From Azolla caroliniana (taxonomy: Eukaryota; Plantae; Polypodiophyta): DNA of 64,000 nt. Location of the stretch: positions 2,418,001 through 2,482,000 of the forward strand of contig JBHGNT010000017.1 in assembly GCA_043228905.1 (NCBI GenBank), read 5' to 3'. The notes beneath the pieces were generated by a model. The model saw only the letters and a list, made by a program, of their open reading frames with translations. It ran no database searches and was not told where the DNA came from. A program made the translations under genes and the position numbers. The first letter of the stretch is position 1, and every line of letters starts with the position of its first letter. Below are positions 1 to 14,200 of the stretch, piece by piece.

Positions 1-46
1 CTGCGTCATTTCAGGGAAAATCAGTCTATAGAAGATATCCACAACC

Positions 47-150
47 GATAATGTCGTAGATGGAATGACCAAGTGTCTTTTTGCGGATCATTTCTGGTAA
101 ACTGATAATGTTGTAGATGGAAGGACCAAGTGTCTTTCTGCGGATCATTT
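47..150. repeat. Short direct repeat, 2 copies, 57-bp period
   Basis: GATAATGTyGTAGATGGAAkGACCAAGTGTCTTTyTGCGGATCATTT at 47 and 104. Confidence 0.75.
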
Positions 151-381
151 CCGGTCCCTTCGGCACCAGATGGGCGTAACGAAAAATCGGTCCGATTAAA
201 GTCGGACACACAACACAGGACGGTTTTGGTCAACAGACATCGGTTCTTTGAGGATCGGCTTCAACTATTCCGACCCAACCGGTTTTGGCTTCAGTCTTCG
301 GATCCTACCGACTCAAACAAAACCGATCTATCCGATAAACCTTACCTGTAATCTCAGATAACCCATGTATACGCCCATTAC

Positions 382-541
382 AGGGGAGTGTTGAATAGGA
401 GTGTATAATGGCCATATTCACATTGTGCCTTTGGATACACATTCCCTCTCTCCGTGTCTATCTTGCTCATTCGCATACGCAGGTTCTTCTTCATCACGAA
501 TGTTGCTTGCACTTCCGCATTGCCGTCCTTGTTCCCCAACA
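382..541 (+). mobile_element. 3' end of an LTR element entering from the left: PPT plus short (153 bp) LTR 389-541
   Basis: AGGGGAG purine tract directly precedes TGTTG...CAACA termini; sequence switches abruptly to gypsy gag-like DNA at 542. The 5' LTR is not in the window. Confidence 0.55.
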
Positions 542-2372
542 CGACGAATTGACGAGGGTCGGTCGTGCGACCGGCGACCGCCGGCCAATTAGGGGTGCAT
601 ATGGTACGACGCCACCGGACATGCCCGGAGAGATTGCGCTGACCTCGGTGAAGTGCTCAGAAGTAATGTAGTTTATCTTTCGAATGGCAGGATACATGCG
701 AGCAGCACACGAAGATTGTTTGACGCGAATTTCAGACGAGGTGGCATGAAGAGGCTAATGGAAGACGCCACGGCACGGCACGTCAAAGCCGTCCACTACT
801 CGGTTTTGGCTGGCATCCACGTAGGCAAAAAGGCGGCAAACCCCGATTCAAGCCCTGGGTTCTGGCTGGTTATTCTCGAGACCTTGTCTGGAGGAAGGCT
901 GCAGAAGGAAGAAGCAGAGCGCGCAAAGTTACCGGCTGGAGTGACCCTGTTGAAGAGAGCACCAGCTTTGTGGAGGCCACGTGCAAGAAATACGAGACCT
1001 TGATCGACAAAAGACGGGCGGGGAAAACCAGGGGAGCGGGCCCTTCGGGGAGGTATGACACCCGAAGCGCGCAAAAAGGGCAGGATGCCACTCCGATAGA
1101 AGGTTCTAGAGGAGCGAGTTCTCGACAGTCGCATAGAACTCACGCTTAGGGAAGTGCTTGGCATAGCAAGAAGGGAATTCCACGATAGCATCGTGGACCT
1201 CGTGAAGAGAAAGCGTCTCGCGACAGAACTAGAGCCCGAGAAGTCGGTTGAGGTAAGAGCGGCACTCCTTGACGACATGGCCACGGAGGACGAGCTTGCG
1301 GAGAGCCTGTTGAGAATCAAGCTCAACTTGGTCTAGCGTGTGAACTCACCTTGAGAGTGAATAGACACTCCAATGGTCAAGAGTCACCATTATGTCACCA
1401 CTTTGTGTTCTAGCATTTAGTATGAGTCATAAAATCATATTCTATGACACATAACTTATGAGCTTTCACATTCCCCATGCTCCATGACTCTTGTAGTTAA
1501 TGAAGAGAGACGGTAACTATATAAAGCACCCTCCTCCCTCCTTGTATTGTGTTGAGTCTTTCTCCTTTGTGAATATACTTAACCTTGTGTATTCTCCATG
1601 TCTTACTCCTTGTCTCTCTCACACTCTCTCTCTCTCTCACTCACATAACGCACATCTCTCACCTATTCCGCTACACAAGAATCATACCTAATTCTTTACA
1701 TGGTATTAGAGCGATTTGGTAGCTCGATCTAGCCCACTCACCTCATCGTGATCGTGTTTTGAGCTCTACATCAACGTTCAAGAAGAACTGGCTCATCGCT
1801 ATCATAGTGCGACTACATAGCTCGTATTCGAAGAGAGAAGAAGAAGAAGAAGAATCGACATAATGAATACTCAAATGGGGAGCGTTCTCCCTACCAAGAA
1901 GTTGGATCGAAACAACTTCGCATCTTGGGAGTACAAGATGCACCAATACCTTGTAAGACAAGGCTATTGGAGCTACATCAAAAGAGCACACGAAGACCGA
2001 CCCATCGAAACGGCTCTCGGATACGCAACATGGGAGCAAGCCGCAAGCCGCGTGATGTATTGCTTGGCAACATGTGTTCACGATCACATGCTCGGCTACA
2101 TTCACGAAGCCAAGACGCCGAAGGAGGCATGGGAAAATCTATGAAAGATTTTCGCGGCGAACACAACCACAAGAAGGCTTCAACTCCACCAAGAGTTGAA
2201 CAACATTCAACAAAGGGACATGTCCATCTCGACATACACCTTGCAGATCAAGGAGCTTTGTGACTCGCTCGGCTCAATAGGCGTAAATATCGATGATGAT
2301 GAGATGGTGCAAATATGCCTCAGCGGCCTCGCACCACGGTTCAGCATGATGCGAACTGCCGTTCTAGCACGG

Positions 2373-2978
2373 TGTCGTGAAGAATTTCGGCCAGAGGCGG
2401 AAACCGGGAAACATTGGCTACATCGGCGGGGTGCAGCGTGTGTACGCACCCGTGTACATTTAGTGTGAATATCGACGACGCCTTTATGGCGCCGAAGAGT
2501 AGTCAAGTCGGGACAGACGATCCCATGTAAGTCGGGATTTGTCCCACATTGTAACGCATCCCTTTCCTTGTTCTATAAAAGGAAGGGAACGCCCTTTGTG
2601 TAAGGGTTGCCCATTTTGCATTACAGGGTATACCGTTAGGTTTAGAGTTAGTTTCTTCTTCTTCCCCTTCGTGTTCGCTTAGGGTTTGCTTCAGCTCATC
2701 TCCTGCGCAAGACCCCGCTCGGCGCGACGAGCCCGTGAGCTCCCCGATGGCGGCTTGGCGGCTGATGACTACTGTAACCTGCCTTGGAACAGCTCAAAGC
2801 CGGGAATGTATTCTTTTTTTTATATACATATATACGTTTGTGTCTGTCTGTGTATATTCGCGTCTTTGTTGGTGTCGGGTGCTTCCCCCTTTCTTGCGTT
2901 TTCTGTACATAAGGGCGTGAGTCAGGTTGGGCTGTGTGTGCGTGTGTGTGCGTGCGTGTGTGTGCATGAGTCGGTGTT

Positions 2979-3026
<48 letters not shown>

Positions 3027-6000
3027 CCTCTCCTTTCGGTTGCTTCCGGTGTGCTTATGGGATGCCTCGTAAACGGTGAAGCACGACTTCCTACGCTCCA
3101 TCGCTCCCTAGTCCAAGACCCCCGTGGTCCCGCCTTTCTCCACGCACGCGCGTAACAACGCGACATCTTTGGTGAACCCGACGTGAAAGGCAGCAAGGGA
3201 GGATGGAGTCGGAAGACGACGACCTTGCGGAGATGGTGGCTGAAGTGGTGTTGGAGTCGGCACGAGTGGTGATGAGGCGAGAAGCAGCGCAACAAGCGGT
3301 TTAGCGAGTGGTCGAAAGAGTCGGTCATTTCAACGGGGACAAAGTCCCACCTTACTTGGAAGCCTACAACGCGGAAATGGAGGAGCGTGGCGTAGACGAG
3401 GCGTTGAGGTTGGAGTTCTTCTGTTGGGTCGTGGCTATCCGGATGCAGGCGGAAATAAAGGAGCTCCGTGAGGCTCATAGTTCGTGGGAGGCCTTCGAAG
3501 AGGTGCTCTTGAAGGCATACGAAGGACGGCGGAAGAGCCGGGGACGACACGACTTCGACCAGTGGGTAGCATCGGCAAAAACCCACCGGGGCGCGACGAA
3601 GGCGTTCCGGGAGTTCGAGTGACGGCTTCCTTGGCTCCCAGAGCGGGAACAAGGTTTGGTGGGGGTGGACAAGGTCCTATTGTTCGTCCGGTCGATCGAC
3701 CGAGCGGAACGGGAGGCCGTCGGGATTGAGCTCGAATGGGCTTACGGAGGACTGGTCGAAGGTCGGAAGGGTGTGCCAACGGCTAGATGATGAGCGAGCC
3801 GAGAAGGCTAAGAGGAAGGGACGCGACGGCGTGCCATCACAACGGGAAGAAGACGAATGACAAAGAGAGTCGGCAAGGGTCGGCGTTGGGGCCAAGATTG
3901 CGGAGGCGTACGCAGCTCTCAAAGCGATGCTCGAGGAAGAGGGAAGATCGATGCCGGAAGCCGAGACCAAGGAGACGGACTTGCCCCACGCGACGGCGGA
4001 AGATCGGTACGACGGTACCACGGGAGAGGGTGCGGAACAAAACGCCCTCTCGACTTGCAGAGATAGAACGGCCAAGGACGAGGCATAGATACAGATTGCG
4101 GGACCGGATCATTGGGACCAGCGGTTTCGGGCGTGTCAGCCCGAGATCCCGGCCATTGGAGAAGCAAGCCCAGATGGGGCTTGCGCGATCGGTAAGAAGA
4201 CGACTGCCGACCACGAAGAGTCGGTGGCTACGTACAAGGGCGTAAAACGGACGGGCGATTCTTTGTGTCTTCCCACACTTACTCCCGAGACGATGGCAGT
4301 CGGGCCCGAGTGCCCACGTTAGTCCCAAGCGGAGGAAGGCGGCGGCGAAAGGGCAAGAATCACCGGCGAGACGATACGGGTAAGGAACGGACGAAAGCCC
4401 ACGGACCCGATTCCGGAGAACTCGGCGTTCGGGCCCGTATGCCCATGTAAGACCGAGGAGATGGATGGCGGTACCGAGGAGTCCTGGCACGATGCCAACG
4501 AAGTCGGATGGGAAACGGCCTGCGAGGAGGCTGAGGACGGACACGGCACGAGGAGATCGGCATTCCGATACGGGTGGAGCGTGATCCGGTCGTGAATTGT
4601 TCGATCGGAGCCGGACTCGGCATAAAGGTGTCGATACGGGAGAGGGTGCGGGACGAGCCGCCCTCTTTTACATGGGGAGAAAGACCGACCGGGCGAAGGT
4701 TGAGATTTGGAAAGAGAATGAAAGCCGGTCCTATGGGATTCCTTACACCGATCCGGTTGCAGGCTCGAGTGCCGGCAATCCGGAGAAGGACGGACAGACC
4801 TGGACGAGAACAGGGCGGAGCGGACTCCCGGATGACCATTCCGGGAGGGAGGAAGAGAGCAGGCCTACAAAGAGGCCGAGGACACGGTACGTAGGTACCA
4901 CGGGAGAGGGTGCGGAGTAAACCGCCCTCTCGGCATGCGGAAAAGGACGACCCGGGACAGGGTCAAGAAGGCGACGAACGCCCAAGGAGGATCCTGTTGG
5001 GATTTCGGTCCCTCCGGATGGGATGTCCAGAAATGAATGACGGCAAGCCCGGTTGCGGTTACGGAACCGGAGGATGAAGAGTACCCGGCATGAAGCCGGA
5101 TGAAGAAGACCCCGGCTACGGAGCCGGATGAAGAAGACCCCGGTTACGGAGCCGGATGACGAATGTACCCGGAGAGGGATCCGGATGCGGGGACATATTT
5201 GCGAATATGTTTGCCAAGGCCCCTTGAGGCTATATTTGTAAATAGCCCGAAAGTCATATGTGTATAAATATGACTTAGGGCAAACAGTTATTGTTGTTGC
5301 TCATTTTTTATGTTTTCAGCCGAGAGAGAGCAAAGTGAGAGCAGCCGAGAGAGAGAGAGAGAGAGAGGAAGGAAGAGGTCGACGCCTCTGTGTAATACCG
5401 CCGCCTGTGGCGAAGGCAGTGAGCTCAAGGTTGTTGCCTTGTAGCTTCACCATTGTACATCTCTGTGTATAGTGATAGTTGGAGTTGGAGGACTCCCGTG
5501 GTTTTTCCCATTTAGGGTTTTCCACGTAAAACATCCTGTGTACTCTTCTCTCTATTGTCTTCGTGCATTTCGTGTATTTCCCGTTTTCTGTGAATCGATC
5601 CTATTCCTCGGTTGTGGCCGAGCACTGTTGTTCAACAGATCCTTCACACCAGTTCTAGAGACTTCGGCAATCGGCAACGCGGTCCACGTAACACCAAGAC
5701 ACTGACGGTGGCGGCGAGGTGACGAAGGCAAGGACTACGGATCAGCGGCCCAAGGAGGATCCTTCACACCGGTTCTAGAGACTTCGGCAGTCGGCAACGC
5801 GGTCGACGTAAGACCAAGATACTGACGGTGGCGGCGAGGTGACAAAGGCAATGGGCGTAAGGAAGTCCGGTCCTACGGGATCCCCACACCGGTTCCGGAG
5901 ACTCCGGTTGTTTTGCCGACGTGGAAACGTAAGACCGAGGGAGAAGGAAGGTGGCGGCGGGAAACGGGACCCGACTACGCGGAAGACACGAGGAGAGTCC

Positions 6001-7691
6001 GGGAGGGACTCAAACAAAAGACACCCGAATTTCGGCAAGCATAGAAACGGAGTCCGGTCCTATGGGACCCTCACACCGATCCGGAGACTCCGGCAGTTCG
6101 GCCAACGTGGCAACATGAGACCGAGGGAGAAGGACGGTGGCAGCAGGGAACGGGACCCGACAACACGAGGTTTCGGAAGGAGCCGGTAGGGGCAAACACG
6201 GGGAGGTGTGTCGGGCCGGAAACACACACCTAGGACGGGATAAGAGTCTCGCAAGTGGCCATCGCGGGTCGGATCAAAGCATGACTACGGGACGGCGTTC
6301 GGCGCAGGTGACGTCGAACAATAGGAGCGACAGACGGCGCAAGGGAGGTGTCGGGAACGAGGATACAAGTGCTTAGTGGACTGCACAGGGTCGGAGCCGG
6401 GGGATGGCAAGAGAGGCCGGAGGAGGATCCTCCACACTCGCTTCGTGGATCTCGGTAGCTCCGTCGAAGTAGCGAAGACTGACATGGCAGGCCAGGGTGA
6501 CAAGCTGGTGGGGGCGAGGGGACGACGGCAAGCGGAAGACTCAGGACCTATTGCAGTAGCACGAAGACGGGAAGGGCCAAGCGGGCTACTACGGGGTGTT
6601 CCTCGGATGCAAAGAACACCGGTACGCGGGTATGCGGCGATGCGCGATCAGGCCGGAATGGGATCCTCACACTATTCCGGAGACCATGGCGGTTCGAGCC
6701 GACGCGGCGATGTAAGACCATGGAGAAGGAAGGTGGCGGCGGAAGGACGAAGGCAACGCGAAACACCATCGGGACATCACGACTGGACAACGGAGGCCAA
6801 GCGGGCCACTACGGGCATGCCTCAAGCGGAGGACATCGGGCATACGGCAGGAAGCGGGGCGTTCATACGGCCGAACAAGGGCCAACGGAAGTACGCGTAC
6901 TACGGAGATCGCGGCAGAGGACCCATCGACGGGTCGAACGAGCCTACAGGGAGGCGAGCGCGACGGAAGACTTGAAGCCGACGGATCAAACCGGCAGCAA
7001 GCCGAGATGCGGATCACGGGAGACCGGTTTCTCACCGGCCGAAATCTCTCACTCTTCAACCAGATTTGGCACGTACCAGTGGACGTGCAGTTAGGTGGGG
7101 GCGGACGTCGTGAAGAATTTCGGCCAGAGGCGGAAACCGGGAAACATTGGCTACATCGGCGGGGTGCAGCGTGTGTACGCACCCGTGTACATTTAGTGTG
7201 AATATCGACGGTGCCTTTATGGCGCCGAAGAGTAGTCAAGTCAGGACAGACGATCCCATGTAAGTCGGGATTTGTCCCACATTGTAACGCATCCCTTTCC
7301 TTGTTCTATAAAAGGAAGGGAACGTCCTTTGTGTAAGGGTTGCCCATTTTGCATTAGAGGGTATACCGTTAGGTTTAGAGTTAGTTTCTTCTTCTTCCCC
7401 TTCTTGTTCGCTTAGGGTTTGATTCAGCTCATCTCCTGCGCAAGACCCCGCTCGGCGCGATGAGCCCGTGAGCTCCCCGACGGCAGCTTGGCGGTTGACG
7501 ACTACTGTAACCTGCCTTGGAACGGCTCGAAGCCGGGAATGTATTCTTTTTTTTATATACATATATACGTTTGCGTCAGTCTATGTATATTCGCGTCTTC
7601 GTTGGTGTCGGGTGCTTCCCCCTTTCTTGCGTTTTCTGTACATAAGGGCGTGAGTCGGGTTGGGCTGTGTGTGTGTGCGTGAGTCGGTGTT

Positions 7692-7773
<82 letters not shown>

Positions 7774-7905
7774 CTTTCGGTTGCTTCGGTGTGCTTCTGG
7801 GATGCCCCGGAAACGGTGAAGCACGACTTCCTACGCTCCATCGCTCCCTAGTCCAAGACCCCCGTGGTCCCGCCTTTCTCCACGCAAGCGCGTAACAACG
7901 CGACA
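2373..7905 (+). mobile_element. Element B1: non-autonomous gag-only LTR retrotransposon (LTRs 2373-3165 and 7106-7905)
   Basis: TGTCGTGAAG...CGCGACA LTRs with (GT)n/(CT)n tracts; 4-bp TSD ACGG; PBS 3170-3187 (tRNA-Trp); degenerate gag from about 3202; no RT or integrase motifs; PPT AGGTGGGGGCGGA. Confidence 0.92.
4995..5637 (+). mobile_element. Solo LTR of the Copia F family inserted in B1
   Basis: TGTTGGGATTTCGG...TTCAACA, collinear with the reverse complement of the F LTR; perfect 5-bp TSD GATCC. Confidence 0.92.
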
Positions 7906-10900
7906 ACGGGAGAATCCGCCCTCCTTCTTCGATCTTCAATCCATGTTGTTGGTCAAAGAAAACCATGTTTGAACAAGGAGTAATGGCTCGAAAAGCCAAA
8001 TGCTCTACACACATTCGAACGGAGGAAGAGGATGCGGCCGTGCAAGAAGAGGCCGATTCGGCCAAGGACAAGGCAGACGAGGTTCGACCTACGACAACAA
8101 CTCCCAATTTCGGCCACAAAACGGAAGCCAACGAGGAACCTTCGCAAGAAGGGGGAGCTTCCACTCCAGCCCGAGCCGTCAAAACGCAACCGAATGCGGA
8201 TATTGCGGAAAGCTCGGCCACCATGAAGAAGAGTGCCGAAAGAAAATGCGTGAATCGGCTTCCACAAGCCGACAACTCACGAATTACGCCACAATTCCGA
8301 CTACGAAGAGTATAGCCGAATGTACAGGCACAACTCCAACTACGAAGATCGTGACGGAATGCATGCACAGAATTCCGACCGTGGTTGAATGTTCATGATG
8401 AAACATAGAGCAAACTCTATGTCGGCCTCTACCTCAACTAGTGTCCTCAATCCGGAGGACGTATTGTTTGTTGACTCAGGAGCCTCAAACCATATGACAT
8501 CTCATAAAGAATGGTTTCTTGAACTTCGAGAGCCGGAGTGACCCGGTTATGTAGAAACCGGAGATCACACTATGCACCCGATTCGGCACATTGGCAAATT
8601 TCTGTTTGGCGAAAGAGGTAAGCAAACATACATTAAAAATGGCTTGCATGTTCCCACCATCATGAAGAATTTGGTCTCGGTCGACCAAATGGTTCAGCAA
8701 GCGATGCAAGTACGATTCAACCAAGAAGGGTGCTTCATCGAAAATGAGGGCCGAATCATCGTGCGTGGAAGAAGAGAGTGCCAGATGTTCATTCTTGATT
8801 CACCCGAGATGAAATCTGCCAGGTTCGCAAAAAGCACAAAAGCCGACTCTGACATAGAGATATGGCACAAGCGAATCAGCCACATCAATCTCAACAAACT
8901 CAAAGCAATGAAATCGGAAGGAGTCGTCATCGGACTCCCGACATTCACAGAGAAGGAGATTGAAGGTGTATGCGAAGCGTGCCAATTCGGCAAGCAACTC
9001 CGACACCCATTCCTGAAAGAGCGGAACATGAGCAAAGGTCTACTCAACGTAGTTCATTCCGACGTATGGGGACCAATGTAGACGGCTACATTCGGCGGAA
9101 GCTGATATTATGTGCTCTTCATCGACGACTTCTCCAGGCACACGTGGCTCTATCCGATGCGGCAAAAGAGCGAAGTGTTCGGACACTTCCAAAGGTTTAA
9201 AAATGAAGTCGAAAAAGTCATTGGTCATCATGTACGATGCCTTGGATCAAATGGCGGTAAGGAGTACTTCTCGGACGATTTCACGGTGTATCTCCGAAAG
9301 GAAGGAATTCAGCAAGAATTCACTTGCCGACACACTCTGCAACAAAACAGCATAGCCGAGCACAAAAATCGGCACATCCTCGAAGTAGCACGGGCCATGA
9401 TGAAAAAGAAGCATATGCCCGAGTCATATTGGGCCGAAGCTGCAAATATGGCCGTCTACCTAATGAACCGGTGCACAACATCTGGAGTGCATGAGGTCAC
9501 TCTACACGAAAAATACTTCGGAAAGAAGCCGGACTTATCGCACACCCCGATATTCGGCGCGATAGTGTACGTGTGCATCCCCGACGAGAAGCGTTAAAAG
9601 CTTGACCCGAAGTCGGAGAAATGTATCCTCATAGGATACTCATTGGAGCAAAAGGGGTACAAGCGCTACAACCCCTCAACTCGAAAATCTCGAGTAAGTC
9701 GAGACGTCGTTTTCGATGAGTCTGCATCCTGGTACGCACCAGAGACAACTTTGACTCCGACTCCGCTCGACCCGGAATCTTTCGAACAAGAGATAGAGGA
9801 TGAAGATCGCCTTACTTGCATGTTCGAAGAAAGTCCGATCATGACCCGACTGAGCGGACCACAAGAGCCTTTGAGCGATCAAAGCACATCACGGCCTAGC
9901 CCGAAGATGCACAAAGGCAAGGCTAAAATGTCGGAATACGAAGACGATCACTTCGACGATGATGAGTCGACTCACTCACTCGACAGTGAGTTCGGCGGCT
10001 TCGATGTACCAATTGGAGCTAAGAAAGTCCTCATCTCTGCAAATGAAAAGCTATGTGCTCCACTCGGGAAAAGAATCCGGTCAGCCCCGGAAACATTTTC
10101 CGAAGTAGCCAAGGATCCGCGATGGATCGAAGCCATGAACGAGGAGATGCAGGCACTACGCAAGAACGAGACGTGGGATCTCGTTCCCACCTCACCACAC
10201 AGATGGATTTACAAAGTGAAGTACAACGCCGACGGTTCCGTCAACCGCTACAAAGCACAACTCGTAGCGAAAGGCTACACACAAATGCACGGAGTTGACT
10301 ACGAAGAGACCTTTGCCCCGGTGGCAAAGATGACGATAGTACGAACCGTAATTGCGCTTGCCGCGGCGAAAGGGTGGCACCTCCATCAAATGGATGTCAA
10401 GAACGCCTTTCTACAAGGCGAATTAGAAGAGGAGGTGTACATGATACAACCACCCCGGCTTCAACTCGAGCACCCATCTGAAAGTTGTAAGCCGACTCAA
10501 GAAACCACTCTACGGCCTCAAGCAAGCACTGCGTGCTTGGCATTCGAAGATAATGCAATATCTTCATCAAATCGGCTTCCGTATGTCAAAATTGTTAGAC
10601 GACAGTGCTCGGCCACAACCGAGGAATGGGATCAACTCACACAAAAAAACAGGAAATAGGAAATGCACAGAACAATGGAGAGAAAGGTACACTGGATGTT
10701 TTACGTGGAAAACCCTAACTGGGAAAAACCACGGGAGTTCTCAAACTCCAACTATCACTATGAACAGAGATGTACAATGGTGAAGCTTCAAGGCAACAAC
10801 CTTGAGCTCATGTCTTCGCCACAGGCGGCGGTAGTACACAGAGGCAGCGACCTCTTCGTCTCTCTCTCTCTCTCTCTCGGCTGCTCTCACTTCTCATGAA

Positions 10901-11050
10901 AAATTGAGCAACAACATAAAACTGTTTGCCCTAAGTCATATTTATACACATATGACTTTCGGGCTATTTACAAATATAGCCTCAAGGGCTCTTGGCAAAC
11001 ATATTCACAAATATGTCTCCGCATCCGGATCTCTCTCCGGGTACATTCAT

Positions 11051-11210
11051 CATCCGGTTCCGTAACCGGGGTCTTCATCATCCGGTTCCGTAACCGGGGT
11101 CTTCATCATCCGGCTCCGTAACCGGGGTCTTCATCATCCGGTTCCGTAACCGGGGTCTTCATCATCCGGCTCCGTAACCGGGGTCTTCATCATCCGGTTC
11201 CGTAACCGGA
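11051..11210. repeat. 28-bp tandem array in the F LTR (5 full copies plus 1 partial; mirrored at about 15843-16002)
   Basis: Unit CATCCGGyTCCGTAACCGGGGTCTTCAT. Confidence 0.9.
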
Positions 11211-11279
11211 ACCGGGCTTGCCGTCATTCATCTCCGGACATCCCATCCGGAGGGACCGAAATCCCAACAAACTCCCCCT

Positions 11280-14200
11280 TCACTTCGGCATGGGATGTCT
11301 CTCCAGTCCGATCCTCTTCCGGCATGCTTCCAGCTTGTCGGGTGTGAGCACCTTGGTCAGCATATCTGACCCGTTCTCGTCCATGTGGACCTTCGTCAGC
11401 TCGAACTCCTTGTCTTCTATCCTTTCCCGGATCCAGTGATATCTTCGCTGGATGTGCTTCGTCCGGGAGTGATAAGCCGCGTTCTTCGCAAGGTGGATGG
11501 CACTCTGACTGTCGCAGTAGAGTCGGTACTCCTCCTGATGGATACCGAGCTCTCTAATGAAGTCCTTCATCCATATTATTTCCTTGCCGGCTTCAACAGC
11601 TGCCATGTACTCCGCCTCCGTGGTTGACAACGCAACCGTCTTCTGCAGCCTCGACTGCCACGAAACGGCTCCCCCTGTATAGGTCATCACATACCCTGAT
11701 GTGGACCGGCTGGTATCTGCATCAGCCGACATATCCGAATCGGTGAAGCCGTCGAGTTCAGGCTTACCGGAGCCGAATCGGAGGCACACGTTTGCCGTGC
11801 CCTTCAGGTATCGGAGTATCCACTTGACCGCGTTCCAATGCTCTTTGCCGGGATTGCTCATGTACCGGCTCACCACTCCGACTGCGTATCCAATGTCTGG
11901 TCTTGTACACACCATTGCGTACATCAAGCTTCCGACAGCAGAGGCATATGGTACTTTCATCATGTCCTCTTTCTCAGCCTTTGTCCTGGGGCTTTGCTTG
12001 CTGGACAGCTTGCAGTTTGCCGGGAGGGTTGATCCGACCGGTCTTGCTTCCGACATGTTGAACCGTTGAAGCACCTTTGTCACGTACTTCTCCTGTGACA
12101 GCCACAACTGCTTCTTGCTCCGGTCCCGGATGATGTGCATCCCTAGTATTTGTCTCGCCGGACCCAAGTCCTTCATTGAGAAGGTTCGGTGAAGAGCCTT
12201 CTTCAGCATCCGTATCTTGACCTGGTCCCGTCCGACGATCAACATGTCGTCCACGTACAAGAGGAGTATTAGAGAGTCTCCTCCTTCGAACTTCTTCACA
12301 AACACGCAGTGATCAGACTGCGTTTTGTGGTACCCTTCGTCGGTCATGAAGGAGTCGAACTTCCGGTACCATTGCCGGGGAGCCTGCTTCAGTCCGTAAA
12401 GGCTCTTCTTCAACCGGCATACCAGGTGCTCCTTCCCTTTCTTCTCGAATCCTTCCGGTTGCAGCATGTAGATCTCTTCATCGAGGTCGCCGTGAAGGAA
12501 TGCCGTCTTCACGTCCATCTGTTCTACCTCGAGGTCCATGCTTGCCGCTATGCTCAGCACCGTCCGGATGGAGGTCATCTTCACTACCGGGGCAAATATC
12601 TCGTCGAAGTCGACGCCCTTCTTCTGCTGGAACCCCTTCACCACGATCCTGGCTTTGTATCTCGGGGGGTTTCCGGCATCTCCCGGTTTCAGCTTGAACA
12701 CCCACTTGTTTCGAAGTGCCCGCTTTCCTTTCGGCAACTCCACAAGTTCATATGTGTGGTTCTCATGCAGGGAATCCATCTCGTCCTGCATGGCACTCAA
12801 CCACCTGCGGTTCTGGGTGTCATACTTTGCTTCTTCAAAGCTCTCCGGCTCCCCCTCGTCGGTTAGCAGCACGTGCTCTGGTTTCGGAAATCTCCGGGGG
12901 GCCCTTCTCTCTCTTAGAGGATATCTCCGTTCCGGAGCTTCGGTAACCGGCTCCTCCGTTTCCTCTTCATCCGAATCCATTTCGGGATCGGGGCCGGTTC
13001 CGGTATCAGTTTCATCTTCTTCGGCCGGTTCTGTTTCTTCACCGTCTTCGGCCGGATCCTCGAGTGTTAACCGGTCCCTTGCCGGTCGGGACTGCTCCTC
13101 GTAGAGTTTATCCTCACCGGTCGACTTTGAGCTCTTCATCTTCTTCTCCGACTCCCAGTCGGCGAGTGTCTTGTCCTCCATGAAGATGATGTCTCGACTC
13201 CTGAATATCTTCTTGTCGACCGGGTCCCATACTCGGTAGCCGAACTCGTCGTCACCGTAACCGAGGAATATGCCTGGCCGGGTCTTTGGATCTAGCTTTC
13301 CTCTCCGGTCCTTTGCCACATGCACGTATGCGAGACACCCGAACACCTTCAGATGCCGGTAGGATACTTCCCTACCGGTCCACACTCTCTGCGGCGTGTC
13401 TCCGTCCAAAGGTACTGAGGGTGATCTGTTTATCACGTATGTCGCCGTCGACATCGCCTCAGCCCAAAACCCCTTGGGTAATTTCGCATGCGCCAGCATA
13501 CTCCGGACCCTCTCCATTATGGTCCGGTTCATCCTCTCGGCCAGCCCGTTCAGTTCCGGCGTCTTCGGCACAGTAAACTCGAGCCGGATTCCCTTCGAGC
13601 GACAGTACTCCTGGAACTGCCCCCGGTATTCCCCTCCGTTATCCGTTCGTATCGCTTTCAGCTTCTTGCCGGATTCTCTTTCCACTCTCGCGTGGAGTTC
13701 TTTGAAGACGGACAACACTTGGTCCTTTGTCTTCAACGGCGCCGTCCACAGCTTCCGGCTGTGATCATCAATGAAAGTCACGAAGTACTGGGCTCCGCCA
13801 TGTGACTTCGTTTCTACCTGACACACATCAGTGTGCACCAACTCCAATGGTGCGCTACGTCTCGTCGGTGGCCTTGAGTGGAAGGAGGTTCGGTTCTGCT
13901 TACCGGCCAGGCAATCGGTGCACTTCTCCAGATGCACAAGCTTCACTGGAATGAGGTTGTCTTCTGCAAGCCTCTTCATCCCCTTCTCACTCATGTGGCA
14001 CAGTCTCTTGTGCCACAGCTCACCGGCAGTGTCGGCTGCCACATTCAGCTCTTCCGGACATAACCGGGCATTCATCAGGTACAGTGTGTTGACTTTCCGG
14101 GCCCGAGCCACTGTCAGGCTCCCCTTGCTGAACTTCATTACGCCGTTCCGGATGCTACCTGTGTAGCCTTCATCGTCTAGCCTCCCGGCCGAAATCAGGT

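Noticed and set aside
2373-7905. B elements as hammerhead-bearing retrozymes
   Set aside because: I found no CTGAnGA...GAAA core with flanking stems by eye; size and gag content do not fit.
11051-11210. Palindromic 28-bp repeats as a CRISPR array
   Set aside because: Head-to-tail with no unique spacers, inside a plant LTR, and no cas genes.
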